Counted from the stretch's first letter, positions 25,728-38,451 are shown. The stretch is DNA of 64,000 nt from Octopus vulgaris (GCA_951406725.2 OX597816.1:150226001-150290000), one strand, 5' to 3'. Translations and numbers: made by a program. The notes: generated by a model from the sequence alone, not told the origin.

Positions 25728-28700
25728 ATCATGTACTGCACATCATAATCATCGTTTAATGTCTGCCTTCCATGCTGGCATGTGCTGGACAGTTTGACAG
25801 GAGCTGGCTAGGCAGAAGCCTGCACCAGAGAATTTTATTATTGCATCATTACTATTGAGATGTAGCTATGCATTTATACATATATGATGATGTGTATGTA
25901 TGTATGTACATACACACATATAAATATGATATATATATATATATATATTAGTTTGTTTAGTGTCCATTTTTCCATGCTGGCATGGGTTTGACAGGGATAT
26001 GTTTTTTTTAAGTAGGTAAACATATCACTATTTCACTTAGTGAAGCTGAGGGATGTCAATATATGTGTTGCTCTCTATCTCACAGACATACACACATGCA
26101 CACGATGGGTCCTCTACAGCTCCAGTATACCAAGTTCATTCACAAGGTGTTGTTCAACTCAGGGCTGTCATACAAGACACTTGACTGAGGTAATGTGCAG
26201 CGAGATTGAATTCAAAACTATATGATTACAAAGCAAACTTCTTAACCACATAGTAATGCTTCTGTTTACACACACACATGCACACCTTAACTTGTTCTTC
26301 GCTTTTAGTCTTTGAGTCTCATCCAAGTTTTGCCCTCTCACAATACTATGAATGCACAATGTTTTAGTTGCAATGCAAGCAATTCTGAATTTAAATGGAA
26401 ACAAAACTAGTCAGTAGCTCTAACACTTTCTTGAAATTAATCCTCCAGACTTTTCTAAACACTTTATCTTTTGCATAAACTTTTTTAGATTACCTTGGAA
26501 ACATCTAGGATTATTTCTATCGAATTTCTTCAGTTTCATCTAATTCTAAATTAAAAACTCTATTTAGCAAGTAACTCATGACACATTTTGAAAACAGCTA
26601 AACTCTTAGTAGCTATTTAAAGTAGATTAACAGCTGCTGTTATCCATTTCTCATGTTTGCTCCCAAGAAAACCAAGTTAATGTGTTTGACATTAGTGAAA
26701 CAGTCACAAATAACTGTCAAAAGAAGGAGGATTTTAACTTTCTCCAACTGTAATTGTAAAAGAACAAGCAGGATTTATTCTCTTTGGGTGACTATCTAAT
26801 GTCAAGCAAGAAAAGAGCCTGATATGAAGAATATCTGAAGAAGCCTGCGAAAAGATGATAATGATAATAAATTATTAAACTCATATAAAACTTTTGAGTT
26901 AGAAGGAAGAAAAATGAGTAATCAATAAAGCCAAATCTTTCAAAATGGCTTTAGTGTTGTAATTGTTATGTAAATATATTTATATCTAATTGTATTGTGT
27001 GTATATATAATAAAATGTAAGCAAATGTTTACTGTTTAATTGTAGGTTACAAAATGTTCTATAATTTTTTTTTTAAATTACAAAATATTTTAAAACATTA
27101 TACAGAAAGCTATAGTTATTCCATTAGAATAATTCATTGAAATTATGCAGATAGTCATGTTATTGATTTTAAAAAAATATGCATTAGTGTACATTATCAA
27201 GAAGCTTATTGTTTAAGGAAATCTAAATAAAGACAACCATTTCTTTTTTTCGTTTTTTTACCTGTATCTAATATTTATTTATGGATAGCTTGTAAAAGAA
27301 ATGTACATCAAAGGATGTAGTTGCAGTCTAGACTATTCACAGTTCTTCTAATCACTGCTGTCATTGCATGTCCTAGGCCTTACTAAATGTTACCAGGTTA
27401 TATCGAAATCGAAAAAATAGAATAAAACAAGACATGAGTATTGATTACATTCAGACCTTTACAGGCACAGACACTGAATGCTTTCTATTCATAGAAAAAG
27501 TTATTTAGTATTCACTAACAGTTCTCTATGACACTGCCATATCATATGTAACTATTGTGAAGCTATTTTTTTCTTTTTCTGTAATTTGTATTTTTTTTTA
27601 TAGTTCTCATTCAACATTGGATTCTGAGGGAAAAGAAATGAAAAAGATGTAAAAGAAATTTTTATTAAGAATATAAGTAAAAAAAAAATGTATCTGATAA
27701 AATAGGTAAGAAGATAGAAAATAGTAGAATCTTTTTCTTTTTTTTGTATTTTTATAAATTAGCTTTTAAGATTAAAAAAGAATTAAATTAATTTTCCATA
27801 GAGGATTTTTAGCAAAACAGGTTAGATCTGGAATCATGAATACTTCAGTAAATAAATAATGATAACACAAGTATGATTGATTTAAGTAAAATATATACTT
27901 ATCTCTTCTCTAGGCTAAAAGCAATTGCATATACTGACATGTGTGCATGTGTGTGTGCATGTATGTATGATACATACAAGCACATACCCCCACCCACCCC
28001 CACACACACACAGTTATCAATACGCATACACATTTTACTTTGCAGCTATTGAACAATTAGTTACAAGTTTCCAGCAGACTAATCACTGGCTCTCAGCATA
28101 TTTGATGGTCAGAGTGACAAAGGGTTGTCTCATATTTTGGAACCAATAGCACAGAGAGCATCTTTTAAATTTAAGTGTGCTCGTCTCTTAGTTTCCTTTC
28201 TGATGCTTATTGCTTTATAATGTCAAGCGGTAATGTAAACAAATGATTTGAATTTGGTATAATTTCTATATCTTCTATCTCACTTATTAGTTTTACTTCT
28301 CTTTGACAAGGGAATAAAAAAATCTAACCAATATTAGATGCCCTTCTACTGCTTCCATCCAGTTTATAAATTTTCATTGTACACATTCCTTTATCCAAAT
28401 CACAATCAGTCTTTTTTTTCCCTATCTTCTACATTCATTTCCATCACTCCTCTCATCCAGAATCTTTCATTCTTTCTAAGCACATGACTTAACCATCTCA
28501 TCCCATTTCTGGTTCTATTCCCATAATTCCCTGCAGTTCACAGTTTGTCATCTTTCCAATGGCAATGTAGGAATTGTGATTGTGATTTATGCAGATGGTA
28601 CAAGAAGAAAAGATATAAGTTTAATCTGTTGGATGTGCAACATTAACTTTCATAAAAAGATGCAAATGACCTGACATCAACAGACTCATGCAGGAGAAAC

Positions 28701-30029
28701 AATTCTGCAGGTATGAAGATGTATGCTGAGTGAAAATTGCCATGTGCAATAAAAATGTACCAATAGCAAAAGGGCAACAAAATTGGCACAGGAAAAATAG
28801 AAGTTAGTTTTGATCTCAGGAAGTTCAGTTTTACAGATCAGATGGGACAAGACAAGAGGAGTGGTTATGAGCAATACTTCAAAATGGTTACTCCCATACT
28901 GACATACAAAAACAGTCATTAAAATGATGATGATGATAGCTAACAAGTATAAACAAAATGAAATAGCTGCAATAGAGAATCAAATATAGGTTCTCTAATG
29001 AAATGTGGATTGTGAATCTATTCCATAGAGCTTACCAGTATTACAGAGCCATCACCTGCAGAATGTAAATGTATCTGACTATAGATTGTGATAGGTTCTG
29101 TTCATAAAATGCTACTGATATGCACAATTTATAGAATTACAAACAAAAAGTAAGTTTTTCAGAAGCAACTGTTACAAATCTAAAAACCTTTCACGTTTTA
29201 TTTTTGTATTAATGTTAAAATTTGTTCAGAACTTGCTTGATTGCTTAAGTGGAAATAAACTTCAACATTTTACACCTACTAGACAAACATTTCTCAGAGG
29301 AATGCAATACATACAGAATTTGTAGTTATATAACCTACAGAAATTCACTTTTACCAACAATTTTATTAAATGGTCCAAACACTTTCCTGTCAATAGGTCT
29401 TCCTTTGGACACTGCCCTAACTACATTCAAAGAGATCAATGAATATAAGTATTTTAAATAAACTACAATAGAAACAATAGCTGGGATATCATTAATAGTA
29501 AAGATGCATTGATTAATGAACCAACAATACTGAATGAAATACATTCAGTCACAAGGAAATATAAAATTTATGGCAAATCAGTTCAGATTAGGGTTAAGAA
29601 GAAACTGTTGTTCAGGTGAATAATAATTTTAGCAATTTACTAGAATGGTATTACAGCAACTAATTCAAGAATAGTTTACAATCTTTCCCACAAGTCACAG
29701 AAAGTGATTAATGGTAAGTTTCTCCACATGGAATGTTCAACATGGCATAAGGCCAAGAATCATACTTTGTAAATACCATCCCAGATGAGGAAGGGAAGTG
29801 AAATCCATGGCAATTCTTTCAGAATGCATCAACATGAAATTTATATGAAATGGGCATCTTTAAAAAAACTTAGTTTAGAAAGAGAAAATATTGAAAGTTT
29901 ATTTGCTCTCTTACTTTGTGTCTTTCTCCTTCTGTCTCACTCTCTCTCCACTCTCTTTCTCTGTCAGAGACAAAGTTGGTATTTATGACTTTGGAAAAGC
30001 TATATGCAAAAGGAAGCAGGAACCTAAAC

Positions 30030-30250
30030 AAGATAGCAGTTTGCACACATGCATCATACAATTTACTTTTCACTCTGAGTAAGAGGCCCTTTGTCACCAG
30101 TAGGGGTAGAAGCTTTCTGAACTTTGTCCAGGCTATTCTTATTCTGTTGGTAACACTTTCTGAGCATCCACCCCAACTACAGACTTGGTCACCTAGGTAG
30201 CAGAAGCTATCAACTACTTCTAGTTTCTCCCCTTGGCATGTGATGGAATC
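30030..30250 (-). mobile_element. RTE-X LINE fragment
   Basis: Minus-strand TKGLLLRVKSKLYDACVQTAIL, homologous to 22640-22710. Confidence 0.75.
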
Positions 30251-30274
30251 ATGAAAACTAACTGATTTGGAGGA

Positions 30275-30716
30275 CTGTCATTGATGAACTTCTTGATATG
30301 ACTGGTGCGTCCTGGAGCTCCTGCCAATGAATTTTAAGCAAAGAATTGTGAATGAGAAGAGTTACAGCAAAATTTGCACCTCGATTGCTCATGTAAGATC
30401 AAAAGCAGTCATGACTGGATGTGTGTCAAGAACTGGAAGAAGAGTTGGAAGATGATCCAGACCTATTTTTAAAGGTCATCACTGGTAACAAAAGCTGGTG
30501 CTATGGAATTTGCAGATATGGAAGAGGTGAAAAAAAAATGACAGAGGCATTAAAAGGCATCAGTCCAAGCACTGCTTCGAATAGTGGAAAATGCGCCTGA
30601 ATTGATGCATTGCTTCAAATGGAGAATATTTTGCAGGCGATAAAAGTGTAAACATGTAAAACTACATGAATAAAATAATATTGCAAAATTCCAGTTTCTT
30701 TTGGGTACCCCCTTCT
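30275..30716 (+). mobile_element. Internally deleted mariner (Tc1/mariner) transposon relic
   Basis: ELLDMTGASWSSCQ*ILSKEL*MRRVTAKFAPRLL (WVPxxL-like), DPDLFLKVITGNKSWCYG (ITGDExW-like) and CIASNGEYFAGD, then a TIR-like TTCTTTTGGGTACCCCCT followed by TA. Confidence 0.75.
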
Positions 30717-30776
30717 ATATATATATTGATTCTCAGTCTTATGGTTAAGATCAAGGTCTAATATTTACTCTTAACA

Positions 30777-30827
<51 letters not shown>

Positions 30828-33823
30828 TTGCTGGTGCACCCGATAATTCCCAGGGATAAAGATGTTCTATTGAAATGCTTTATTACTCTGATATAAGAAA
30901 GCAATTTTGTTACAACTACCATAGAAAGTGTATTTTCCACGAAAAAATACAAAAAATTGTCAGCTGAAGGAGGAAGGCATTGTTGGAGGTTGGTGAGAGA
31001 GGATTTCAGAGGTTGGCGAGAAAGATTGTCGGAGGTTGGTGAGAGAGGTTGTTGGAGGTTGGCGAGAGGCAAAGACATTATTCTGCTTAGCAAAGGCATC
31101 TGGGAAATGTATAACTGCTGTCATTCACAGAAAAACTATTGTTTTACCATGAGAAAAGCACTGTTAAATAGTCAAGTGAAATTTGGCAATTGAGGATCGA
31201 ATCCACGCTAAGCCTGCATGAAGCCACTACAAATATGTTGTGGAATAAAAAATGTATCTACTGTCATGGAAAAAGTGTAAATGCAGAATTATCATAGTAA
31301 TGGGCATTCAAAAAAGTATGTATGTATAGAAATGTATAATCTTTAATGTTTAAGATTCAAATTAAGGAAGTGCAATAATAATGTTTAGCAGCTCAAAACT
31401 GTGAGTAGTGAAATGCAGAATTAGGTCAGCTGATTGTGAGAATCAAATATTGATCGCTTCGCTAAAATCTGCAGGTGGTATGGGTTATTTCCCTTGGGTT
31501 GTTTAAATAAAATATTAGTAATATGTAGTAGATAGAAGGATCCATTGGAAAGGGCCTATTATCAATTTTTTTTCAACAATCTAAGTATGTCACGAGGTTT
31601 CCAGACATGAGTTCTACTCACGTGTCAAATAAAGTATAAAAGTGATATTGTCTGCAAAAATTAGAAATAGGACACAAAAAATCAATATTCAAAGTAATCG
31701 AACATAATCAATCAAATTTCCCTTGAATGTTTAAAAGAAATATCGTACAGGTGCCATGGGTTCTAATTAGAAATTATCTGAACATGGAAACAATTGTAGG
31801 TTATAAGAAATGAATGTTATTTGAAACTGGAGTTGTGTTAATAAATTGATGTCTATCTATCAATTTCTCCATTTTCTTTTCTTTTCTTATACATCCATAT
31901 AAGAAAAGAAAATGGAGGTTAGGAAGTAAATAAATTGTTTATTATTAACAGCAAATTGGTCATCTTCACTTACAGCCAATTAATACTCAATAAACATTAA
32001 ATTTACATTTATGGGACATGAGCACAATATCATCAGAGGAAAAAAGATGTATATTTGGATGTTATATGTGTGCTTATGAATTCATTTTAAAAGTGAGAAT
32101 TTGGCAGCAAGAGCACTAGAATTGAATATTTAAAAAATCCTAGATTGTTGCACCAGAATTCAAGTCACCAAAATATCAATCCAGTTTTTCATTCATTCAC
32201 TGATACTTAAGTAGTAGGAATTATATTTGACAGAGTGTCATATATGCCTACCGTTTAGTAATAGCTAGTGAAAATAGCCTTCAAATTTGTCTCTAGTTAC
32301 ATGTTGATCACTTTTCTAAATGTTATGCAAAGTATTAACTTCAAAAAATTCACTGATATATTTTCTCAGGATTTGTAATCACTTGATATTATAAACTATT
32401 TGAAATCTTTATCCAAATAGAAGGGTGAAGAGTTAATTCAAACTATTAAATTGATGCCTTTTAATCTTGCTAACAAGATGAAAACATTAAAAATATTGAT
32501 AAAAAAAGTAAGAGTTTTTATATGTAGAGAGAAAACATGAGTCATTGATATTATTATATGTGTAATAACAAACGCTGAAAATTGTTATGCTTAACATATA
32601 TAATAATCACAAAATCTTGACAAACTGCTGTTTCAAGGTTAACCAAAGCTTTTGTTGCAGTGTGTCTCCAGCCATGAACGTCTGCTAGTAGAACTTTAAT
32701 ATATTGACTTCAAATTTATGGCTTAAAGAATATGTGGTCTCCATGGTAGTAGGAAGTTATGAATGAAATTTAACAGGCTACACTGAGAAGGACAAGCAAC
32801 TAAACAAAATACCAACTCTAATTCTATCTTAAATGATTTTCATTACATGCTAGAATATATAAATATACGAAATAAGAAAACTAACAAAGGAGAGATGAAC
32901 TCCATGACTGGTGGCAGGTAGCTCATAAGGAGATTCAAAATATCATTTCTAATTCCATCAGGTTTACAAATAAAATTTATAAAGTTTTAAAACTTGGTTA
33001 AACATAATTGGAAAATAGATAGAATTCAGTTACAAATATAGTTAAATATTACTCAAATAGAACTATCAACGACAGAAATCAATAGAAAAATAAATTCATA
33101 GAAATAAAGATGTTTCAAATGAAATGGAGAAATTGATTCAGGTATTTCCTTCTTTTTTTTTTTCTTTTCAATTTTTCTTTTAAAAATGCAAAAAAAAAAG
33201 CTTTTTTGTTTTTTTACTTTATGTTTAGATCATGAAAATCATGGGATATTGAATATTTCAAAAAATTATGAGTATTATGATAATGCAATATAAATGTAAG
33301 AGAGTGAAATGAGGAAAATGTATACATCACCCTTTCTTGCCAGACTCCATCTTGCTGTTTAGTGCACTTTGTAAACTCCAATAATGCAAAGGTGTTTCCA
33401 GCAAAAATGAATAGTGATGGCTTTGACTCCCAACCCAGACAACCAAATCTAACCCTCAAAAAAATCATGCAATATACAGAAAATACTGGGAACAAAAATT
33501 AGTATATGATATTCTAAAATAAGACAGAAAAAAAACTGAAGAAACAATCAACAAAAAATGTTCCCCCTAAAATCAACTTAATCTGTATCATTAAAATTAA
33601 GCCATATAATTTAAAATAATTAAAATAAAAAGAAAAACATGTATAATACTCTCATATTAAAAAAATAAAATATTTAACATGAAAAAATATAAAGTAACAT
33701 TTAAATTTATCCCACATTTCTATTTATTGGTTAATATTAACCACAAGCTTTTCTAAACAAATTTCCCAATAATACACACACACAAATACACAAACACACA
33801 CACGTGTTGCTTTCAACATTAAG

Positions 33824-33832
33824 AAAGGATAT
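33824..33832 (-). promoter_or_regulatory. U12-type (AT-AC) 5' splice site
   Basis: Minus strand reads GAATGGAA|ATATCCTTTC, an exact match to the U12 donor consensus RTATCCTTT. It sits in phase 2 within the K of EWK, exactly where Cav1 similarity stops. Confidence 0.9.
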
Positions 33833-34235
33833 TTCCATTCTACAATCCGTATACAGACTTTCCGGAGTGGGTTTTTTAGGGTCAGACAGAACATCGACCG
33901 TGCCGGCCGAATGTTCTGCTGAGCCTGCTTCCGGATGTTGACCCGTTTCCGGGTCATGTTGGTTACCGTGGTGGCAGCCAGCGCTGTAGCCCAGGCAGAA
34001 CTGAGGGGTTTGGCAGGATCGGTCCCGGCTTCAGGGCCAGTAGTGGAACTAGTAGCCCCCTGTTCTTGTGATTGAAGTTGACTAAAGTTTTGCAACGACT
34101 GTGACAATGACTGTTCTCCCACTGCCGTCCGATCTTGGCTGAGTATCCCCCGTGGGGGCCTAGAAAGTGTGTTACTGGTAGCAAAACTACTGCTGCTGCT
34201 ACAGGCTGCTGTATCCTTCTCATTATGTGCTGCCC
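33833..34235 (-). CDS. Cav1: Internal coding exon of L-type voltage-gated calcium channel alpha-1 subunit (Cav1; co-orthologue of CACNA1C/D/F/S), cytoplasmic N-terminus up to IS1
   Basis: Open frame from acceptor ttatttttcag|GG reads [42 protein letters not shown]...[60 protein letters not shown]. The [26 protein letters not shown] motif is diagnostic of Cav1. The exon is GC- and CpG-rich relative to its flanks, with a phase 1 start and phase 2 end. Confidence 0.93.
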
Positions 34236-34262
34236 CTGAAAAATAAGCAAAAAGAATATTGA
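34236..34262 (-). promoter_or_regulatory. U2-type 3' splice site (polypyrimidine tract plus CAG)
   Basis: Minus strand ATTCTTTTTGCTTATTTTTCAG lies immediately before the open frame. Confidence 0.75.
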
Positions 34263-34916
34263 AACAATCAATTTTAACAAATAATGTAAAAAGGTAAGTT
34301 AAAATTAATTCAATTCAAAGTGTCTCTAGCATAAGCATTGGTTAAGTGTTCAAACTGCTATATGATAAGTAGGAAACCTTACTGCATATAAATTTGCCAG
34401 TGAAGCCAAATGTTCACCAGCATTTAAATTTTCTTTTTTTCTTTCTTTTTTGCTTTTTTATTTTGTCTGAAAAGCTAAGTTATATATTTACAGATTCAAT
34501 TTTGGACCCTGAAATGAATATAAAAAATATGACTTTATCTTAGTAGTTATGTATATAAACACAATTTTAAAGAAGTGTACCTTTCTATTGTTCCCCAAGT
34601 GAAAAATATAAAACAATAGCCTTGGACATGCAGCCAAAGTTGTTTCACAACTGAATGGTTTGGGGTTCAGTCCCACTGTGAAACACCTTGAACAACTGTT
34701 TTCTATCATACTCTTGTGATGCCTTGTGAGTGAATTTGCAAGACAGAAACTGAAAGAAGCTCACTTTATGTGTATGTGTGTGTGTGTGTGTATCTGTTTG
34801 TTTCTTCTTGTCTTGATATCATATGATAATTGTAAATAAATATCACCAGCAAATGAACAGCATTTTTTTGTTTTCAATCTTTCATGAGAACATGTCTGAC
34901 CATGGGGAAATATATT

Positions 34917-35332
34917 GGATCTTTTTGGTTTGAAGGGCAGTTTTTTCTAGCGGTGTCATGTGAAATTGTCACCCATAATTATGACCCTAGTATCAATCTA
35001 TTGCATTTCAATCTGTTTTAGAGTTAGGGTTAGGGGTGGGGGGAAGGGTATCTTTTTTTCTTCACAAATGTAAATAAACCCAATCTGTTTCTTAAACAAG
35101 GGACATATTCATACGGCACAATGTTTTTTACCTCAATAGACGTCAGTGATTGGTTGAAATTGCAAAAAATTGAAGAAAAAAAACAACAAATATCTTACAA
35201 ACCATAGAATTTTCTCAATAAAGCCAAGAGAAAAAGATGTTTTATAAACACATTCTACCAGTATACGAAGTTTAAAATTTTTTGGTTACCTAGAAATTAT
35301 GTTAAAAACTGCCGTTCAAACCGAAAAGATCC
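34917..35332. mobile_element. 416-bp MITE with 29-bp TIRs and 8-bp TSD
   Basis: Left TIR GGATCTTTTTGGTTTGAAGGGCAGTTTTT and right TIR (rc) GGATCTTTTCGGTTTGAACGGCAGTTTTT. TSD AATATATT at 34909-34916 and 35333-35340. It splits an older SINE. Confidence 0.9.
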
Positions 35333-38300
35333 AATATATTTGGAGAAAGGTGAGGGTTTGAAACAAGGAGGGCATCCAGCTGCAGAAAATCTGTGTAAAC
35401 AAATTCCATCTGACCCATGCAATCATGGAAAAGTAGATGTTAAAGTAATAATGATGAGTTTTAATGTCTAAATTTTTAGTATATTGTTCCTGTTGTAAAC
35501 AATGCTTTAAATTTAGAAGTAAATTGATATTAAAATTCTATACTGCCTGGGATGTCAAAATCAGATTGGTTTCACTCATTGCACAAATTTTGACCTCTGA
35601 AATTGTGTTGGCATGATAGAATCATGAAACCACAGATTGGAGAGTTGTAGATCTTCAAAAAGATTTCCATTTCTATGAAGAACAAATTTTTGGTACTAGA
35701 TATAATTTTTGATACTAAATATAAACTAGATATAATCCACTGATCCATTGCTCCAGGTATACTATGTCTTTATTTAGTGGAGAAATATACTCAATCTAAA
35801 CCACTGAGTGAACCACCACATGATTGCTTGACCCGCTAGAAAAAGCAGTAAATCCTTCCTCAAATCACACCTCACCATTTTAGGAATTAACACATTTTCT
35901 TTATATATCAAAATTTCAACTTTTCCTTGATTTTTGTCATCATAAGAATAATTTAATCAGTGCTACTTTTCCATAATAGTGGGAAAGTGTCAAAATTTTG
36001 TAGACATGATCAAATACAAGAAAATCTTTATCTAATTCTCAAACCTGTAAAAATAATTACATTATTTAGTCTTAAATATTAAGTGTGTTATCACTCTATT
36101 TGGTCATTGAGGGAGGTTTGGTATGTGTCGTAATTCAGCCTTGCAGTGCATATTCTTCTTTAAGTTACTGAAAATTTGCAGACATGAGATATAAACAGCT
36201 GCATATCACAGACATGAGATATAAACAAACTGAAATGGTTCATCTGGGAATCAAAACTATTTCACAGACTTAGCTTGCCAAGAGATTGCCAGCACTTTAC
36301 AGCATTTGCATATTATTTACTTCAAGTTAATATTAAGAAGAAAAAAAAAACTTTGCTTGGTAAAAAATGCTTGACAAAAATTGTTTCAATTGATTTACAA
36401 ACACGGAAAAAGAATGATACATATAAGCATTTTATATATTTCAGGTTACTTCCACAGCTGTCAATTATCTCATGAACTCAACTGCATCTTAGCAAGTTTT
36501 ATTCCAAATATCACTAAAAATCTGCCAATACTTGGTAAATGTATATTTCCTGTCAGAGAGATATACAAAGAAAACCAAGTTATACCACCTTGTAACTAGG
36601 CAGTTCTACTAGATGTTGGGCTAAGTTATTGTTCATAAATCCTATCTGAATCACACCGAACATATTAATATTTTTAAAAAGTAGTTAAATACTATGTAGT
36701 TTTAAAATGGGAATTTCTGCTTCATGGATGTTGTCCATATTACAGTCAGAATTCCACTGAATTTATCCAAAGAGACAGTAAATCTCATTGCTGGCTGGAA
36801 GTTCATGCTGAACTTGTGTAACCCAGAACAACTAACTGGAGATAAACGAAGGTAATTATAGTCTTAAAGCTGATACTGAACTGGAAAATAATAGTAAGTA
36901 AAGTACCTAAAAAAGATCAACTGCATAACAATGATAAGATTTGAACTCTTGATTTTAAGATCAATTACACATAACTAAATATCAGCTTACAACCAAAGCT
37001 GCAACACCATCCTCTTATTTTACTTAATTCTCAAAAAGCAAGAACCTGAACCATTACATTCTTCACTCCTCATCACAATTAAATTGTGTGGATTGGTATT
37101 CCCAAACTGTATTGGAATATTAAATAATTAGACTGTTTTCTTGATAAGATAGACTTCACTAACTTCTCCAGCTATTTGTCTACAGTTGCATGAATTGTAA
37201 GTACCTTTACCTCTTACATTGTTACTATAATGATTTCTGCACTGAAATGTATACAACAGTCATCAAAACCCAATTAATGCACTTGCTTCTGCCTTCCCTA
37301 CTATTATCGCAGCAATATTAGACTCCTGCAAGAGTTAAAATTAAACATTCACAACATTAAGCTCTCCAAGTTATTTCTAAGAAGACCAGTAAAAGCTATG
37401 GAAACTGCTCCTTAGCTTAAATTATAATCATAAGCCACCAAATCTCCTCTCTCTCTCTGTAAATGATTTTTCACTATAAATAAAGAAAATTTAGATATCT
37501 CATAAAGATTTCATAAACCCATACTTGAGTATTTGATATATTTTGTGGGTATATATTTGTTCTTTTTTTTCATTGCTTAGTTTAGAGGAAGGACACTGCC
37601 TGTGACATTTTATCATAGCCTCCAAATTCTTACAATGCAGTGGACTCACTAAAGGTATCCAAGCACTGAGTGGTGGTGTCAAGCCAAATGATAGGAATGG
37701 TTCCAGCAATGAGTTTCTACAAAGTTTCTGCTAATAAGATTTCACTTTCAAGACTTTAAGTAAACTAAGGTTATTCTACAAGACACTTGTATAAAGTTTC
37801 AGAGTGGCATTAAGCCTGAAAATGCATCATTCTGAAGCCAACATCTTAATCAGACTACCTGTACAAATGTATGCATGTGCATGTATGTGCGTGTTGGTTA
37901 AACTCTATAAGCATATCATGTTTTGTATGGTATTTTCTTTAAGTAAATGATGGTTAAGCACATTTCAGAAATATAGACTGATACAAGTCTGAAAGTTACA
38001 AAACTAAAAACAGAAATACAGAATCAGAATCATTAATATTTCAAGATACAAGAATGGTGAATGATAGAATCAATAGTGTCTGACAAAATTAGTCACATCA
38101 TTTTATATTCTATGAGTTGATTTTTACCTTTCACCTTTTTGTGTGTGATAAAATAAGTACCAACTAAACACTGTCATAATACCAATTAGTTTTACACTAA
38201 TATTATTATAGTTTGTTTATAAATTCATTACTTTAAATGAACTGATATAAAGGCATGGCTGAGTGATTACAATTTCAGCATTTTCAAGCATACTGTGAGG

Positions 38301-38451
38301 CACCTAGGCCACGTGTCTTCTAATAGTCCTGGGTTGACCAAAGGGGGAAACAAGTGAGGGTTGGCAACAAGAAAGCCATTCAGTCATAGAAAATCAGCCT
38401 CAATGAATTTCATGTGACCCCTGCAAGCACAATGCATACATACATACATAC

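Noticed and set aside
28686-28946. ORF containing CANFVALLLL, resembling IS1 'ANCVAL'
   Set aside because: There is no preceding PFE..IL.TI, no U12 branch point or AC acceptor, and no IS1-S2 loop similarity, so this is a chance match.
31335-31370. Minus-strand TTCCTTAAT followed by AC, as a possible U12 branch site and acceptor
   Set aside because: Splicing here would give K-LKIIHFYTYILF-stop, not the expected PFE/IS1 helix.
33214-33495. ORF with GWESKPSLFIFAGNTFALL, vaguely like EWKPF..IFAN..AL
   Set aside because: The spacing is wrong and there are no suitable splice signals, so it is not supportable as an exon.
33724-33832. C-terminal part of the 132-aa ORF ([15 protein letters not shown]...)
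   Set aside because: It is read-through into the U12 intron and a (TG)n microsatellite. The ORF's GTG 'start' at 34122 is internal to the exon.
36179-36228. Short tandem duplications (CAGACATGAGATATAAACA x2; also about 25474-25535, 53132-53174 and 62512-62558)
   Set aside because: They are ordinary local slippage or repair duplications with no further structure.
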